Below are positions 1 through 11,946 of a stretch of 64,000 nucleotides of DNA, in pieces (within the stretch, counting starts at the first letter, position 1; every line of letters begins with the position of its first letter). Source of the DNA: Lepidodermella squamata (taxonomy: Eukaryota > Animalia > Gastrotricha). Where the stretch lies: the NCBI GenBank assembly GCA_047495785.1, contig JBLDXI010000007.1, positions 1,922,001-1,986,000 of the forward strand, read 5' to 3'. The notes beneath the pieces were generated by a model. The model saw only the letters and a list, made by a program, of their open reading frames with translations. It was not told the DNA's origin and made no database searches. A program made the translations under genes and the position numbers.

Positions 1-1343
1 AGCTTGGCCAGTTTTCAATTCCAATGGAACCAAAGCCTTCGAACCTTTCAGCATTATTTTGATACTCGCATCAATCTATTTCAAAATGCAAGGAATATTT
101 TGATCATGAAATGATCGAAGCCAACTTACTTTGCCCTTGACTCCGAAACGAGGTGACCACACGTTTTCTTCAATATCGCGAACTTCTACCATTTCGCCGA
201 CTTGCGCGGTCGAAAATTGAAGAATGGCTGGGATATACAGCGTCGTGATTTCAGCAATAATGTCTTCCAATTTCGCAGTTTGTCCGATGCTGTACAGATC
301 TTGCAGAAATCTCGGTTGGGCAAAAACGCGCGTCAATTGTGAGGACAAAATTTTGGCATCAACTAGTTTTTTCGAGGTTTTCTGCACAATCGCCCACTGG
401 AACAGCTCGTGAACAGCTGAACCAATCAACATTGCCTTATTCGTAGTTGGTGAGTGAATCGAAACCGATGGGAAAGGAAATTTGTCATTCAATACTGTTT
501 GCCGAACACAGTTCATTGACCCAACAAGATTCGTGGCGCTGACCAAAGTATCCGGGTGTAATACCAACAAATTGTGCATATCATCAACAACAATTTTATC
601 CGAACTGGTCAACAATTTAGGCGAATCGAGAATGATGTTACAAATATCGCCCTCTTGAACCGCACATTCGGCCCAATAACCATCTAACTCGACGGTCATC
701 TCGGCGTTTTCTGGCAAGTTTCCTTTGCAAATCACAATTTCTAGTCGATCAGTGTGGCGTAAAACTCGAGAAACACTGCCGCGCACTACGTCCGTCTGAT
801 ATGAAAAAGCCCAATTGTTTGATTGAGCGACTTCTTCCTCAAAGTCAGCGTCGCTGGCAAACGCGAGCAGGCAAGCATCATCGATCATATCATCTTCCGC
901 AAAATGCCCACCAGACGCAATATTTTCCTTCTGAGGCGAGCTTATTACCACAACAGAGTCAGAGAAATAGCCTTCAGGCGGGTTAGAATTTGACGAGAAG
1001 TTTTGAACGCGAGATTTTTCTTCATTCCCATTGATTCCAACATTGAAGCTACGAGTTGGATGACTCATCTTCTGGCGTTTGCTGGATGTATTTAACAAGT
1101 CGATAGTTAAGTCGTTGGCAGGGGACAGCCGGCGCGTAGCTTTCAGAGCCCCGGCGGATTCTTTCCGATTCCCATCGTCTCCCTTCGAGCTTTTCGTACC
1201 AAAAAATGCTGCTATAGCCTGCTGCGATGGAATTCTCGTACGTAACTGAAATATTATATATTGGAAATTATTCCGATTTTACGCTACGGAAACTTTACTT
1301 TTTGATTGGGATTCTGATTGGCTTTTACAAACTGCTTTGACAT
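1..1343 (-). CDS. DNA2: DNA replication helicase/nuclease DNA2, 5' part (exons 1343-1299, 1245-130, 75-<1; continues off the window)
   Basis: Spliced translation gives LVLHPDTLVSAT..C.RQTVL, MLIGSAVHELFQ and DIEENVWSPRFGVKGK|IDAS..PLELKTG (Dna2 nuclease motifs). GT-AG introns keep the frame. Confidence 0.93.
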
Positions 1344-1716
1344 CGAGCTAAGTAAAACTACCTATACAAATTTTGAAAGCAACATTTTCGTGAAAGCAAA
1401 TAATAGCGAAAGCAACGAGCAACGCGGCTGAAACATCAAGTTGGACATGAGCAGCATATTTGTTGAGGCAAAATGTTATGTATAATAAATTCAGTCACAA
1501 AATGTTCACAAAACAAACTTTACCGTTAAGTTGTTTTCAAGCCGACTCAAAAATCAACGAAATTCTCTGATCAATGGTTCAGTCATGAGAGGCGCCAAGT
1601 CTAGTCAAGATTCCTGAAACTGTTGACGCGCTGAACTGCGGCCTTCTTTTTTCAACACGCACTTCGACGTTGATGGCTATTCCAACGTTAGGTTAGGTAT
1701 CATACAATACACGTTT

Positions 1717-2145
1717 AAAAAGTCATAATCAGAATGCGGAAATGACGATCGAAGATATGCGGTGCAACTGCGTTGCAATCTGGCAATCACACAAAAGCTG
1801 GGCAGCCAGACTAACTATGTCCTCTACGCCTACGCTATGTTGAACGTTGGGAGGCGGGCCGCGGATGCCAAATCTAAAACTCGTTTCGGGCAAACCCGTG
1901 TCTATCGTTCACGATCAAGGCCTCTACATTGCATTTTTGAGGATTTTATACAAGGGTTTCCCCGGGCAAGACAAAAGGCGCTACTCCTTCAAAAACGCCT
2001 CCCCAAATCTCCAAGTTACAACTCTCCGTACTCTTGCTACCGCTCGGATTAAAAGCCAAGTTCCCCGACGGGAGAAGGGGAGCGCGCGCTACGCGGGTCC
2101 TCTTTGGGGATTTGAAAAACCGCGCGCATAATCTTCACATACCTT
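1717..2145 (-). ncRNA. Candidate structured non-coding RNA (~430 nt), family unassigned
   Basis: GC-rich island in an AT-rich divergent intergenic region. Many nested stems, several completed by G-U pairs only on the minus strand; the 5' end pairs with 1761-1752; terminal hairpin plus U5. Confidence 0.4.
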
Positions 2146-2571
2146 AAATTTTATAAAATCGATATTGGGCTCTTTTTAATTTTTTGAGTAGATACGCTCG
2201 TTCTTGAAAAAAGAAAATCGATTTTACTAGCACGTGGACATTCAGGTGCCAAGACGCGTTTTATCAAAGAAGCTTCCAAAATCTTATCTATGAAACATCC
2301 GTAAACCGTTTTCCTATTGGTCGCCAATGGTGTGTAATATGCCGTATACTTGTTTATTTGTTCAGCGCTTACGTCTGCGGTGTATGTTGTCCTCCTTGTA
2401 AAGTTTTTAAATTGCAAAGACGACATTTAATCTGTCCCGATTTTCTCGAAGAAACAGCAGCCAATTATTGAGGTCAACCAGATGCATAACAAGCATAATT
2501 CATTACATGTTTCATTTTGATTAAAATGCCCTTAGATTTTTAATAATGACTTGACTTGTTCTTGATGGATC

Positions 2572-3888
2572 ATGAGTGAAACTACCGCGCATCTGGTGGC
2601 TGGAGGGTGAGAATTCGACATTGAAGCGTGATTATAATTCATTGCAATCAATTATATCTAGAACGGCTGGAACTGTCGGGGCAATATTGACCAGCCCTCT
2701 TGAAGTAATCAAAACTCGCCTGCAGTCCTCATGTTATCAGTACTTCTATACGGCGGCGAAGGAAGCTCAATACACTTCGTTTCGGAGAGGAGCCGTTGTG
2801 GGTTGCATGTCTTTGGATGTTCAGGGTCAAATGGTTCCTAAACGAACTATATTTCGACAGCCCATCGACTGTCTGAAGTAAATTGTTCCGATGGTTTAAA
2901 AAAGACCTTAATTTTTACTAAATTTTCCAAATCTAGAGACATTCTTCGCAATGAAGGACCTAAAGGTCTATTTAAAGGCCTCACTCCCACCATTTTCGGC
3001 GTTGCACCCACAAGAGCAATTTTCTTCTTTACATATCAGAATTGCAAGGCTCAATTCGGCTCCTCTTTTGATGCTGATTCTTCAGTTGCTCATTTTTATG
3101 CCCTGCATGGTCTTTCAGCCAGCATTGCTGGTTTCACGAGTTTAACGGCTACGAATCCAATATGGCTGGTGAAGACTCGCCTCCAGTTGGATAATCGGCA
3201 CAATTCTGTTGTCAGAACAGTCCAACGCATCTATCGTCAATCAGGAGTGCGAGGATTTTACAAAGGGATCGCAGCCTCTTATCTCGGCATAGCGGAAACT
3301 GTCGTACATATCGTCTTCTACGAAGAATTGAAACGAATGTTTGTCGGATCTAACTCCGACGCCTCATTTTACCCGGTTTCGAGCACTTTCGAAATGATTC
3401 GAGTGCTTGCTGTTTCTGCGACCTCCAAGACGATAGCTACAAGCTTAATGTACCCACATGAAGTCTTGAGGACCCGGTTGAGGCAGGAAAACAGTCGGTA
3501 TCGCTCACTCCGTCAATGCATTCCTTTAATATGGCGTGAAGAAGGATGGCGAGCTTTCTATCGTGGTTTAGCTGTGCATATCTTCCGGCAAGTGCCCAAC
3601 GCTGCGATAACCATGTCTGTGTATGAGCTGGTTGTCAGCAGTTTAATACCTCAGAATGGCACCACAGAAAACTGCTCTGGATTCAAATTGAAGTTTGCGT
3701 GGCCTTTCAAATCACAGAAACCGTCTACTTCCGAACCCATCGACGGTGAAAGTATAACTCCATTGACGATATCTACTTCTGCGTCAAACTCAGTGCCGAA
3801 CCAGTCTCAATCTGAAGTTAATATTAATAATAATAATAAAGCAAACCTAGCCGCAGTCGTTCCGCAAACACTATGTAATAAACAATAA
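2572..3888 (+). CDS. SLC25A36: Mitochondrial pyrimidine nucleotide carrier SLC25A36/SLC25A33 (Rim2-like); exons 2572-2606, 2662-2877, 2937-3888
   Basis: HLVAGG|TAGTVGAILTSPLEVIKTRLQ, TNPIWLVKTRLQL, YPHEVLRTRLRQE: three carrier repeats with the Rim2-type second signature. Confidence 0.88.
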
Positions 3889-4743
3889 GGCTTTTCACTA
3901 TCAGCTAATTTCCCTGTGTCATCTCCCATTATTTCGACCAAATTTATAGCTAACTTTATATTATTATTGTTATTGACAAGTATTTTGCGATCATAGAACT
4001 GATAAATGATGATGGTGCTTGATATCTTTCATTTGGCGCATCCTGCATAGCTGTTAGCCACTTCAAGCGGCGGCCTTTCCCGATCTACCTTATATTTTCT
4101 TGTTTGAATTACAACACTGTACATTTGTCTACTACCATTGACCAAGCCTTTCTGTCTTGTTTCAACAGAAGATGTACTAATTTGTTGTACTTTTTCGCCT
4201 TGCCGTTCACGGGAAATATTATTATGATGATCAATGCGGACATATTTTTGTTAAAAGAAATCTATTGTAACTGTTGATACCCTGGTTACCGACTGTGTTT
4301 ACTAAAACGTGTGTGAGATTCAAGCAACACATTGATTAATTTTTTGAGTTTCGCCTTATTCTTTTTAATAATCTTGTAAATATTTTTTCTCTTTTTTTTA
4401 CTAAATGTCAGCGTCATTTCTGCTCTTTTAGCCACGGCAAGTTGCTCTCGGTCACCGTAGTACAGGCTCTTGGAATTCAGTGATTATTATGCACGTTTTC
4501 CTCGATATAAAACTAGTTTTAGGGCTAACTGATATTAAATGGTTGTTCTTTTTCTACACTTTGCTCTCCATTCAAACGCTGGTTTCGTCCAGGAAAGTAT
4601 GGTTGAGCGTTTCACTATGTAGAACCAGCCTGGTTCTAATAAAAGAATTAGCCACAGCTAAAATGTGTAAAGCTTACGTCATTTAATATCTTTATTACTT
4701 ACATACGTTATTATATGAGCACAATTTTTTTTGTATTTGGCTA

Positions 4744-4761
4744 AAAAATGACGTCATTTTT
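4744..4761. promoter_or_regulatory. Palindromic CRE-type site upstream of the Maf-like gene
   Basis: Perfect 18-bp palindrome AAAAATGACGTCATTTTT ~200 bp before the ATG; a second TTACGTCAT lies near 4674. Confidence 0.4.
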
Positions 4762-4962
4762 GTCTTCATGTGACCATTTTCGGTGTGCACATTTTGTGCC
4801 CACAAAGACCTTATAATATTCTAATACTGGAAGCTGAATTTTCGCTAAAAGGCGTAGATTTCCTTGATATCAACGGGCTAAAAGAAGAAAGCGAATCTAA
4901 AATTAAACGATCGAAACGATAAACTATGAATTTTATTTTATTTTAGATAATTTACGAACGAA

Positions 4963-5758
4963 ATGGCTTCTCAGCCTGGGAAGGCGTCTGGTTCAACAAT
5001 GGCAAAATTGTTGCTTCAAAATAAGGTAAATTTAGGCAATTTGTCACTTTTGAACCCTAATCGATTTTTAGCCACCGCAGAATCATAATCACCTGTCAAC
5101 TTTAACATCGTCAGCCGCTAGTCTCAGACTAGTAGCCGCCCCAACCAGTCAAGTAGTGAACTCGAACAACGTGGCTACAAGCAGTAGTAGCACCAGCTTA
5201 TTTGGAAATGGCGATCTAACAGTTGTACCCCTATCCTCATCTCAAGTCTCCTCGGTGCAAAATCAACCTCAACAGCTCATCGTTCGAAGCAATGGCGCTG
5301 TGGTGCAAGCCACCCAGCCAGTTCTAATCAGATTTACCGAACAGCAACTCGCTGAACTGAGTCTAAAAGAGCTCAATCATTATCTTCGTGGTCTTTCAAA
5401 AGAAGAAGCCGCCGAAGTCAAACGCATGCGTCGTGCTGCTAAAAACAAGAGGTAAATATTTTCAATTTTTTAAGATTGAATTTCTCATTTCGTCTTTCCT
5501 TCAAGCTATGCTGTTGTGCAGCGTGAAAAACGGCAAGATGATGTACAGAAATTAACAGCAAAGCGCACTGCCCTGAATGAGGAGATCAGCGCGGTGAAAT
5601 TTCGGAAAACTCGCGTCGAAGACGAGCTGAATCGGGTTCGGAAGGAGGCAAACGGCCTGATGGCACTGGCTAAGCGGCTAAAACTTCACGTGCCGCCTCA
5701 CGTTTACGAGCTTCGAAGCAGCAGCACCTCGGGAGATAGCACAAGTGGGATTCATTAA
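4963..5758 (+). CDS. Maf-family bZIP transcription factor, divergent; exons 4963-5025, 5072-5451, 5506-5758
   Basis: Extended homology region FTEQQLAELSLKELNHYLRGLSKEE, then basic region RRAAKNKSYAVVQREKR and a heptad zipper. Confidence 0.8.
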
Positions 5759-7577
5759 CCCCACCAAAATCACTGTAGTATTTATCGAATTTAGTTTCTT
5801 TATGTTTTTCATTATTCAAGTCGTTTCCGGCGCCTTACTATTTCCAGTAAATTGTGAATGAGAAATAATACCATGATAAAAATACTTGTTGGGGCTCGCA
5901 TGCTTTAAAAAATAAATCAATGAGCAGGAAGTAGGTTTCGTGTGTATGATTTCCGTTTTTCTTCGCTTTTTTCGTGACATTTTCGACTGAATATCTGGGG
6001 CAACTGTGTAATATACTTTAGGTTGGACCTGCGCCAAATCGATTTTATGACATGTAACTACGCAGAATGCGCACTTGCTACCCTCCGATGAGCCTACGGC
6101 CGGAAATTCGCGCAGCTTGATAGAGTTGGCATCGACCGAATTTGCGCAGAATGCTATTTTTAGTTCTCAATGTCAATAGCTCGAGGTTCGACCTGCTAAC
6201 GGACATTCGCAGTTGGTCATCCTTAACAGTCATCTTTTTAATTATCCGCTAAAAAATTTTTCGAAAATGAGAGCTAACGAAACCAGCAGAGTAGGTGGAA
6301 ATAAATATCATTCATTTTCAGTAATTTTTTCCAAACTGGCATTATAAATGAAGTTTTGATTTATCTGCGGTTTCGGGATCAGCCGGTATGATTTAACATA
6401 TGTTATGAACCTTTTGCTTCGTTATAAACCACACGAACTCAAGTGCATGTAACAGGTGCTCGTTGATTATGTGGCGAGATGCTGCGAGATGAGGCACCGC
6501 GTGATTTATGATCATAAACAAGCGCAGATATATGAATCATTCAATTATGATACTCAACTCATAGGCTAAGCTGCTCAGCACGTGACTGGAATATATATAA
6601 AATAAGGATTACATTTTTTAAGTTGAAATTTGTAGGTAGTTGCCAGCCAAATAGCGACCCCACCTCATTCGCTCGTAGCGCACTATAACTAGATCATTCA
6701 GCTCGACAATGCAATCGAATTTAATCAAAGTTTCGTAAACATATGTCGTAAAATAAGTCAATAATTCAGTCATCTTATGTTTTTCTAGCGTTGGGCGTTG
6801 TTTCCTTTCAAAGCAATGCAGTTTCTACCATAGTGCCTTGATTCATTCAATGTTAGATCCCCCTCATCCTTCTTTGATTAGCTACGTACAATGCATGGCT
6901 GCCAATGCGATATTTTGCGAGAAAAATCGAAATCTATGAATTCTTGACATATCTCGAATAGATAAGTAGACAAGTATTGGCCATGGCGACAGTGATTTTT
7001 TAAGTGAAGCATTGCCTTAATAATTGAAGAATAAATGCGAACCGAAAGCAAGGTTGAAAAATGAAGCCAGATATTATGTAGTTGATGTTTCTTTTCAAGG
7101 TTTATTGTTCACTTATGAAATAAGAAAATGTTCAAATTCTCGCAAGGCATAACATAAAATAATCGGTAATGAAAATGCATTTTTGATATTTGTTATTGTT
7201 TCACACTGCGTAAAGTATCTGTCAGGTAAGTCAAGTATTATCACTCAAATTTTACCACCGGAGATATATAAAATAAAACCAGATCGCGTCCCGAAAAAAA
7301 CCGTATCAAATATAACTGCAATACGAAGGTTAATTGGCATCTCCATATAACAGCTATCATATTTTAGCTTTGGTTCTCAGTAGTCATCATCATTTTGTCA
7401 CAAAACTGTTTTTGAAAAACGGCTAACTACGTTGGTGCAATCAGATCATAACTATGATTCGACACGCAATCAAGAAAACACAAATTAATACAAAAAGGAG
7501 GAGTAGAATCTGTGTCCGTTTTGATTATAGCAGTGACTATAGCACTGAGAAAATTAAAAATAGCTATCTTCAAGTCA

Positions 7578-9683
7578 TTATTTGCTTTCGTCGCCACTAG
7601 CTGATGATAGCCGGACGGTGGCAGCCTGAATTCGTCGGGAATGTTCTAGTTCCTGAGAATGCCGGTCGAGCAGTAGCTTGTGCTCGCGATTCACTGCTAC
7701 TTGCTGCTGTAATCTTTGGTAAGTGTACGACCGTTTTGCAAGCAGCTAAAAATATAAATTTGAGAGAGAATTTCGGCTATGACATTCTCAACTTACTTTA
7801 TTCATCTCAGATTGCTTCTTCAACAAATTCTGCAGAATATTTTCCTCTTCGTTGTTAACCCCAACGAGCTCCTGCTTGACCTTTTCCGCATTTTTACGAC
7901 GCGTTTCCAGCAGTTTGTTTTGAATTTTATGGACCTGAAAATGAGATAAGAAAAAATTGCAGGCAACACGGCGCAAAGGAAACAATTAAAAGAAAAAGCG
8001 CTCACTATCTGCGTGCGCAATCGGAGTAATTAATTAACATGTGTGAAGGTAGGTAGCTCTAATGAATTTAAAATGATTTACGTACCTCTTGTGCGGCATT
8101 TTGAAAGCGCAAGTCACTGTCACGGAACTCATTTAACAGGGACTTTTCCTCGTTTGTGCACTGTTGTACGATTCGGTCCATGTGTTCTACGGCTTCTTCT
8201 TCTTTCACTACTTTCGTCGCAAACTGCCAATTTTGAGCGGCAGCCAGAAGCCTCGTCTCGCTGGCTTCCTCTGCTTGAAGCCTGTCACCAAGCCATTTAT
8301 TTAGACGTTCAGATCGCCGTTCAGTATGACGCTACGAGTGGAGGGAACAGTCATATCCAAGTGAATTAGGCGAGCAAATAACCTCACCTCTACGTTTTCG
8401 TTCTGTTCTTCCCGAGCAATATCGAAGTTGGTGAGCTGATTTTTCTTGCCTAAATCTTGTTGATTTCTCCTATTCTTTTTCAACCTGAATCGTATGTCTT
8501 GAAGTTGTCGATCTCGATCGCGATATTGTGAGAAATGCTTGTCTTTCCGTTCCTTTAGTTCCCCATCAAACTTATGAAATGCGAAGTGAGCATTTCGAAC
8601 TTCTTTATCCCCTTTTTCAAGATTGCTGTCGAGAGAGTTTTGAACAGTTTTGTCTTCTTGTACACGGCTGTCAGAAAGACGTCTCTGTCGTCTGAATTCA
8701 AAAATGTTACTTCAGAGGGTGAGATTATTATCCACACTTACACTTTATGTTCAATCACAATCTTCTTCTTTTTGTATGCTTCCATGTTCACTGCGATGGC
8801 CAAGTCGCCGAGTTGTTTCTGCAATTCGTGCTGTTGAGCTTCTTTTGCCCGAAGTTTCGCTTGATAATCATCAACTACCCGATCAATTTCCATCCTCGTA
8901 AGGTATAACTGCTCCAGAGTAGTCCGGTATTGATGCGCAACGCTATCTCTATAGGAAATTATGAATTATGCTAATGTGAAAACTCAATTCAGCCAAAAGT
9001 ACGCTTTGTTCTGGTTCTTAGAATCTTGTGTCTTGAAATCAACGAGGCCGTTTACGTCGTCTTTCAAGCGCTTTGCAAATAGCTTGAAATTACTCTTAAC
9101 AGCAGTGGTTTTCACTTCATCCAACTCGTCCAAACGAGTGCCAAGCTTTCGAACCTCCCCGAACTTCTTCTTAGAGAGGTCAGATTCGAACTGCTTCAAA
9201 TTAGCGCGAAGTGTTTGCTGCTCCTTGATAATATCTCCCTCCATCCTCTTAAGCTCGCGCTCTTCTTGCTTCGCATGGATGACAAATTCGTCAATAGCAT
9301 GCAGAGTTTTTAAATACTTCTTCTTTGACTCAGCTGCAGATTGTTTCACTCCGACAAGCGACGCGGAGGAATACGAGCGGCGAGGGGAAGGAGCAGCACC
9401 AGCATTTTCATGAGCCGTCGCCGAAGATGACAACGTTTTCTTGAGATCGTAATGATACTGACTACGTTTCGCATCCAAAAAACCTTCAGGGCCGCACACG
9501 CGATCTTTCTCACTAAAATAATGGCTTGAGCAAACATTACTCGCTTAGTAAAACGACTCACCTGAGAAATTTTGCATGATCAGAGATATATTCAGGAGAA
9601 AGATCCGCGTTGATTAAATCCATTCGCGCACGTTGCCTGGCTTCTTTTGTGCCTGCTCCCCATGGTATATTAGTCACAACCAT
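7578..9683 (-). CDS. Uncharacterised multi-exon coiled-coil protein
   Basis: Open, E/K/Q/R-rich frames joined by short GT-AG introns from MVVTNIPW (9683) to ...SGDESK* (7578). Some internal junctions are unresolved. Confidence 0.65.
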
Positions 9684-10752
9684 AGTATCCAATAGTCGGG
9701 ACAACAATATCCCTATGGGATGAACATTTGAACGTGTTAGATTTAACTTTTCGGCATCTTAAAGTTTGTGATGAGTGATTAGTTAAAAGCACTTTGTTCA
9801 TAAAGAAATTCAGGTTTCGCCTCTCAGATCAAAGATAAATAGCTTTTCGTCGCTGATGTAAACGCCTTTTTGGCGCTTGTTACAGCAGTTTCAAGCAGAA
9901 AAAGCTACAGCGGAAAATTCTGCCTAAATTTAGGCAGAAAACAGCCAACCATGGGTTCGACATTTATTTAAAAGCTATTACACCCAAAGAGGGAAGCTTG
10001 ACAAAGTATAAGGAAAACAACATATAATTGCAGGACAGGACATTAAAATTAGGTAAAACCTCAAATTCTAACGGGAAGAAATAGGAATAAAGCCCCTAGT
10101 GTGTCGATGTAAACCTAAGCATGAGACTGAAACGAGTGATAATAGTTTGTTCTGCGTTCAGTGTTACGGACAGAGCGTTAGCGAAGCCTAAACCCAAGAC
10201 AGAGGGGAGATACCGCGCAAAGTCAGGAGAAAACGTTGCTAAGAATAAAAATAAATACTATTTCGTAATTTATACAAATAATTTTTAATTCTAAGATAGT
10301 TAAACAAACATATGTCGTAATCAATTGATAATCCTTAGCAACGCAAGATTCAAATTTAGTGCGAACGGGTTCTGAGTACTTATCGCGGACATTCCTGAAT
10401 CGCATCTCCCAAACAACTCCCCTACTCGGTCGAGCACCACACCCAGCGCGTTTAAATTTGATAGCTGCCTTTATGATGGATTTTTCAAACATAGGTTTAT
10501 TTTGTTGATCTGAGATCATTAGTCGAGAACGATTCGTTGGACAACTCCTTTGTCTTTTTTCTGAGGAATCATTATTTTATCTCTTAGTTCATATATTATT
10601 TATATACATCTTTTCGAAATCATTGCCATGTTTTTGACTAATCGCTGATGCAGATTGTGGGAGACTGTCTGACAGGTTTCATGATTTCGATAGCTGAGTT
10701 CGAGAAGTACATTCTACATTCTCTTTCTTCTTCGCCATCACTTATAGATGTT

Positions 10753-11700
10753 ATGCATGAAAGACAGAAGAAAGAAGATTGCCCATCACATACAAACAAG
10801 GCAGCTCTGCTTGGCGGGGCAAGTGGGTTTCTGACTCGAGCTATTGTCCACCCGTTCGATGTCGTCAAAATTAGGTTCCAGCTTCAGTGGGAGGGAATCG
10901 GCCGCCGGAAAACCTCTACGTCACGTTACAAGTCACTATTTCAAGCTTTCAATGACATCATCAAAACAGAAGGTATCCGAGCTTTGTGGAAAGGTCACGT
11001 GTCGGCGCAAATGTTGAGTGTTGTATACAGCTCAACCCAGTTCTATACTTACGACCAAGTTTTTCATAACATCAAGCGCCTTTATCCCGGTTTTTCAAAC
11101 GAACCTGTGCGCTTTGTTTCCGGTGGCATGGCTGGCTTTGCAGCTACACTTGTTGCGCAACCTCTTGATACAATAAGAACCCGGTTTATTGCACAAGGAC
11201 AAAATATTTACTATGAATCTATTGGTTCTGCAGTTCGTAAAATGTACTTGGAGGACGGAGTGAGATGTTTTTACAAAGGTTTTGTTGCTACCGCATTAGA
11301 AATTATCCCGGCCACTGGAATTCATTTCATGGTTTTCTACACGGGCAAAGAATATCTGCAAAACTCGGTGAATCAGAGCAACCTTTTCGTGGTAACCGGC
11401 TCAAACTTCTTGCTGGGACTCGGTGCTGGACTAGTTGCTAAAGTTGCTACTCATCCACTTGATGTTGTAAAGAAACGGATGCAAATACAGGGATTCCAGC
11501 ATGCGAGAGCTGGTTATGGACGGCAATATGATTATTCAGATTTTCGCCACTGTGTCCAGTCGATTTTACGCGAGGAGCATCTAAATGGCTTCTATAAAGG
11601 ACTGACACCCAATATTTTGAAAGCTTCTTTATCCAGTGCTTTGCATTTTACTTTCTATGAGCTTGGATGCTACCTGGTGAAAAGTCATGATCATAGCTGA
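10753..11700 (+). CDS. SLC25A19: Mitochondrial thiamine pyrophosphate carrier
   Basis: PFDVVKIRFQLQ.E, ALWKGHVSAQMLS, PLDTIRTRF.AQG, PLDVVKKRMQIQGF..AR..YG. Start placed at the ATG after the acceptor at 10747. Confidence 0.9.
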   Translation: MHERQKKEDCPSHTNKAALLGGASGFLTRAIVHPFDVVKIRFQLQWEGIGRRKTSTSRYKSLFQAFNDIIKTEGIRALWKGHVSAQMLSVVYSSTQFYTYDQVFHNIKRLYPGFSNEPVRFVSGGMAGFAATLVAQPLDTIRTRFIAQGQNIYYESIGSAVRKMYLEDGVRCFYKGFVATALEIIPATGIHFMVFYTGKEYLQNSVNQSNLFVVTGSNFLLGLGAGLVAKVATHPLDVVKKRMQIQGFQHARAGYGRQYDYSDFRHCVQSILREEHLNGFYKGLTPNILKASLSSALHFTFYELGCYLVKSHDHS

Positions 11701-11946
11701 GCCAAATTGAAAATTAATATTTTTCATCTTTGTTGAGAATTGTTTTGCCTGATAATCACTACCTCTACTAAATATATTTTAGTAAAATTGTGCACCTTTG
11801 CTTTTTACTCAGGTCGCTTTCTATCTATTATAGTGACTTTATAAAATGTATTCAAGTTCCTGAATTCCAGCGAAAATTTGTGGCTAATTACTTGGACGTA
11901 ATATCACCCCTTCCCAGCCATCGCGGCAGTTTGACTTAAAAACTTA

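Noticed and set aside
1688-1697. TTAGGTTAGG (CCUAACCUAA on the minus strand) as a telomerase template
   Set aside because: It lies 3' of the structured region instead of 5' of a pseudoknot, and no U-rich/A-rich pseudoknot follows it. A 10-mer like this can occur by chance.
6084-6110. Hammerhead-like CCGATGAG..GGAAA
   Set aside because: The core deviates from CUGANGA/GAAA, and no stems I/III or cleavage triplet can be built.
10648-10752. N-terminal extension of the SLC25A19 ORF
   Set aside because: It contains a pyrimidine tract and AG (10747) typical of intron or outron sequence and has no carrier homology.
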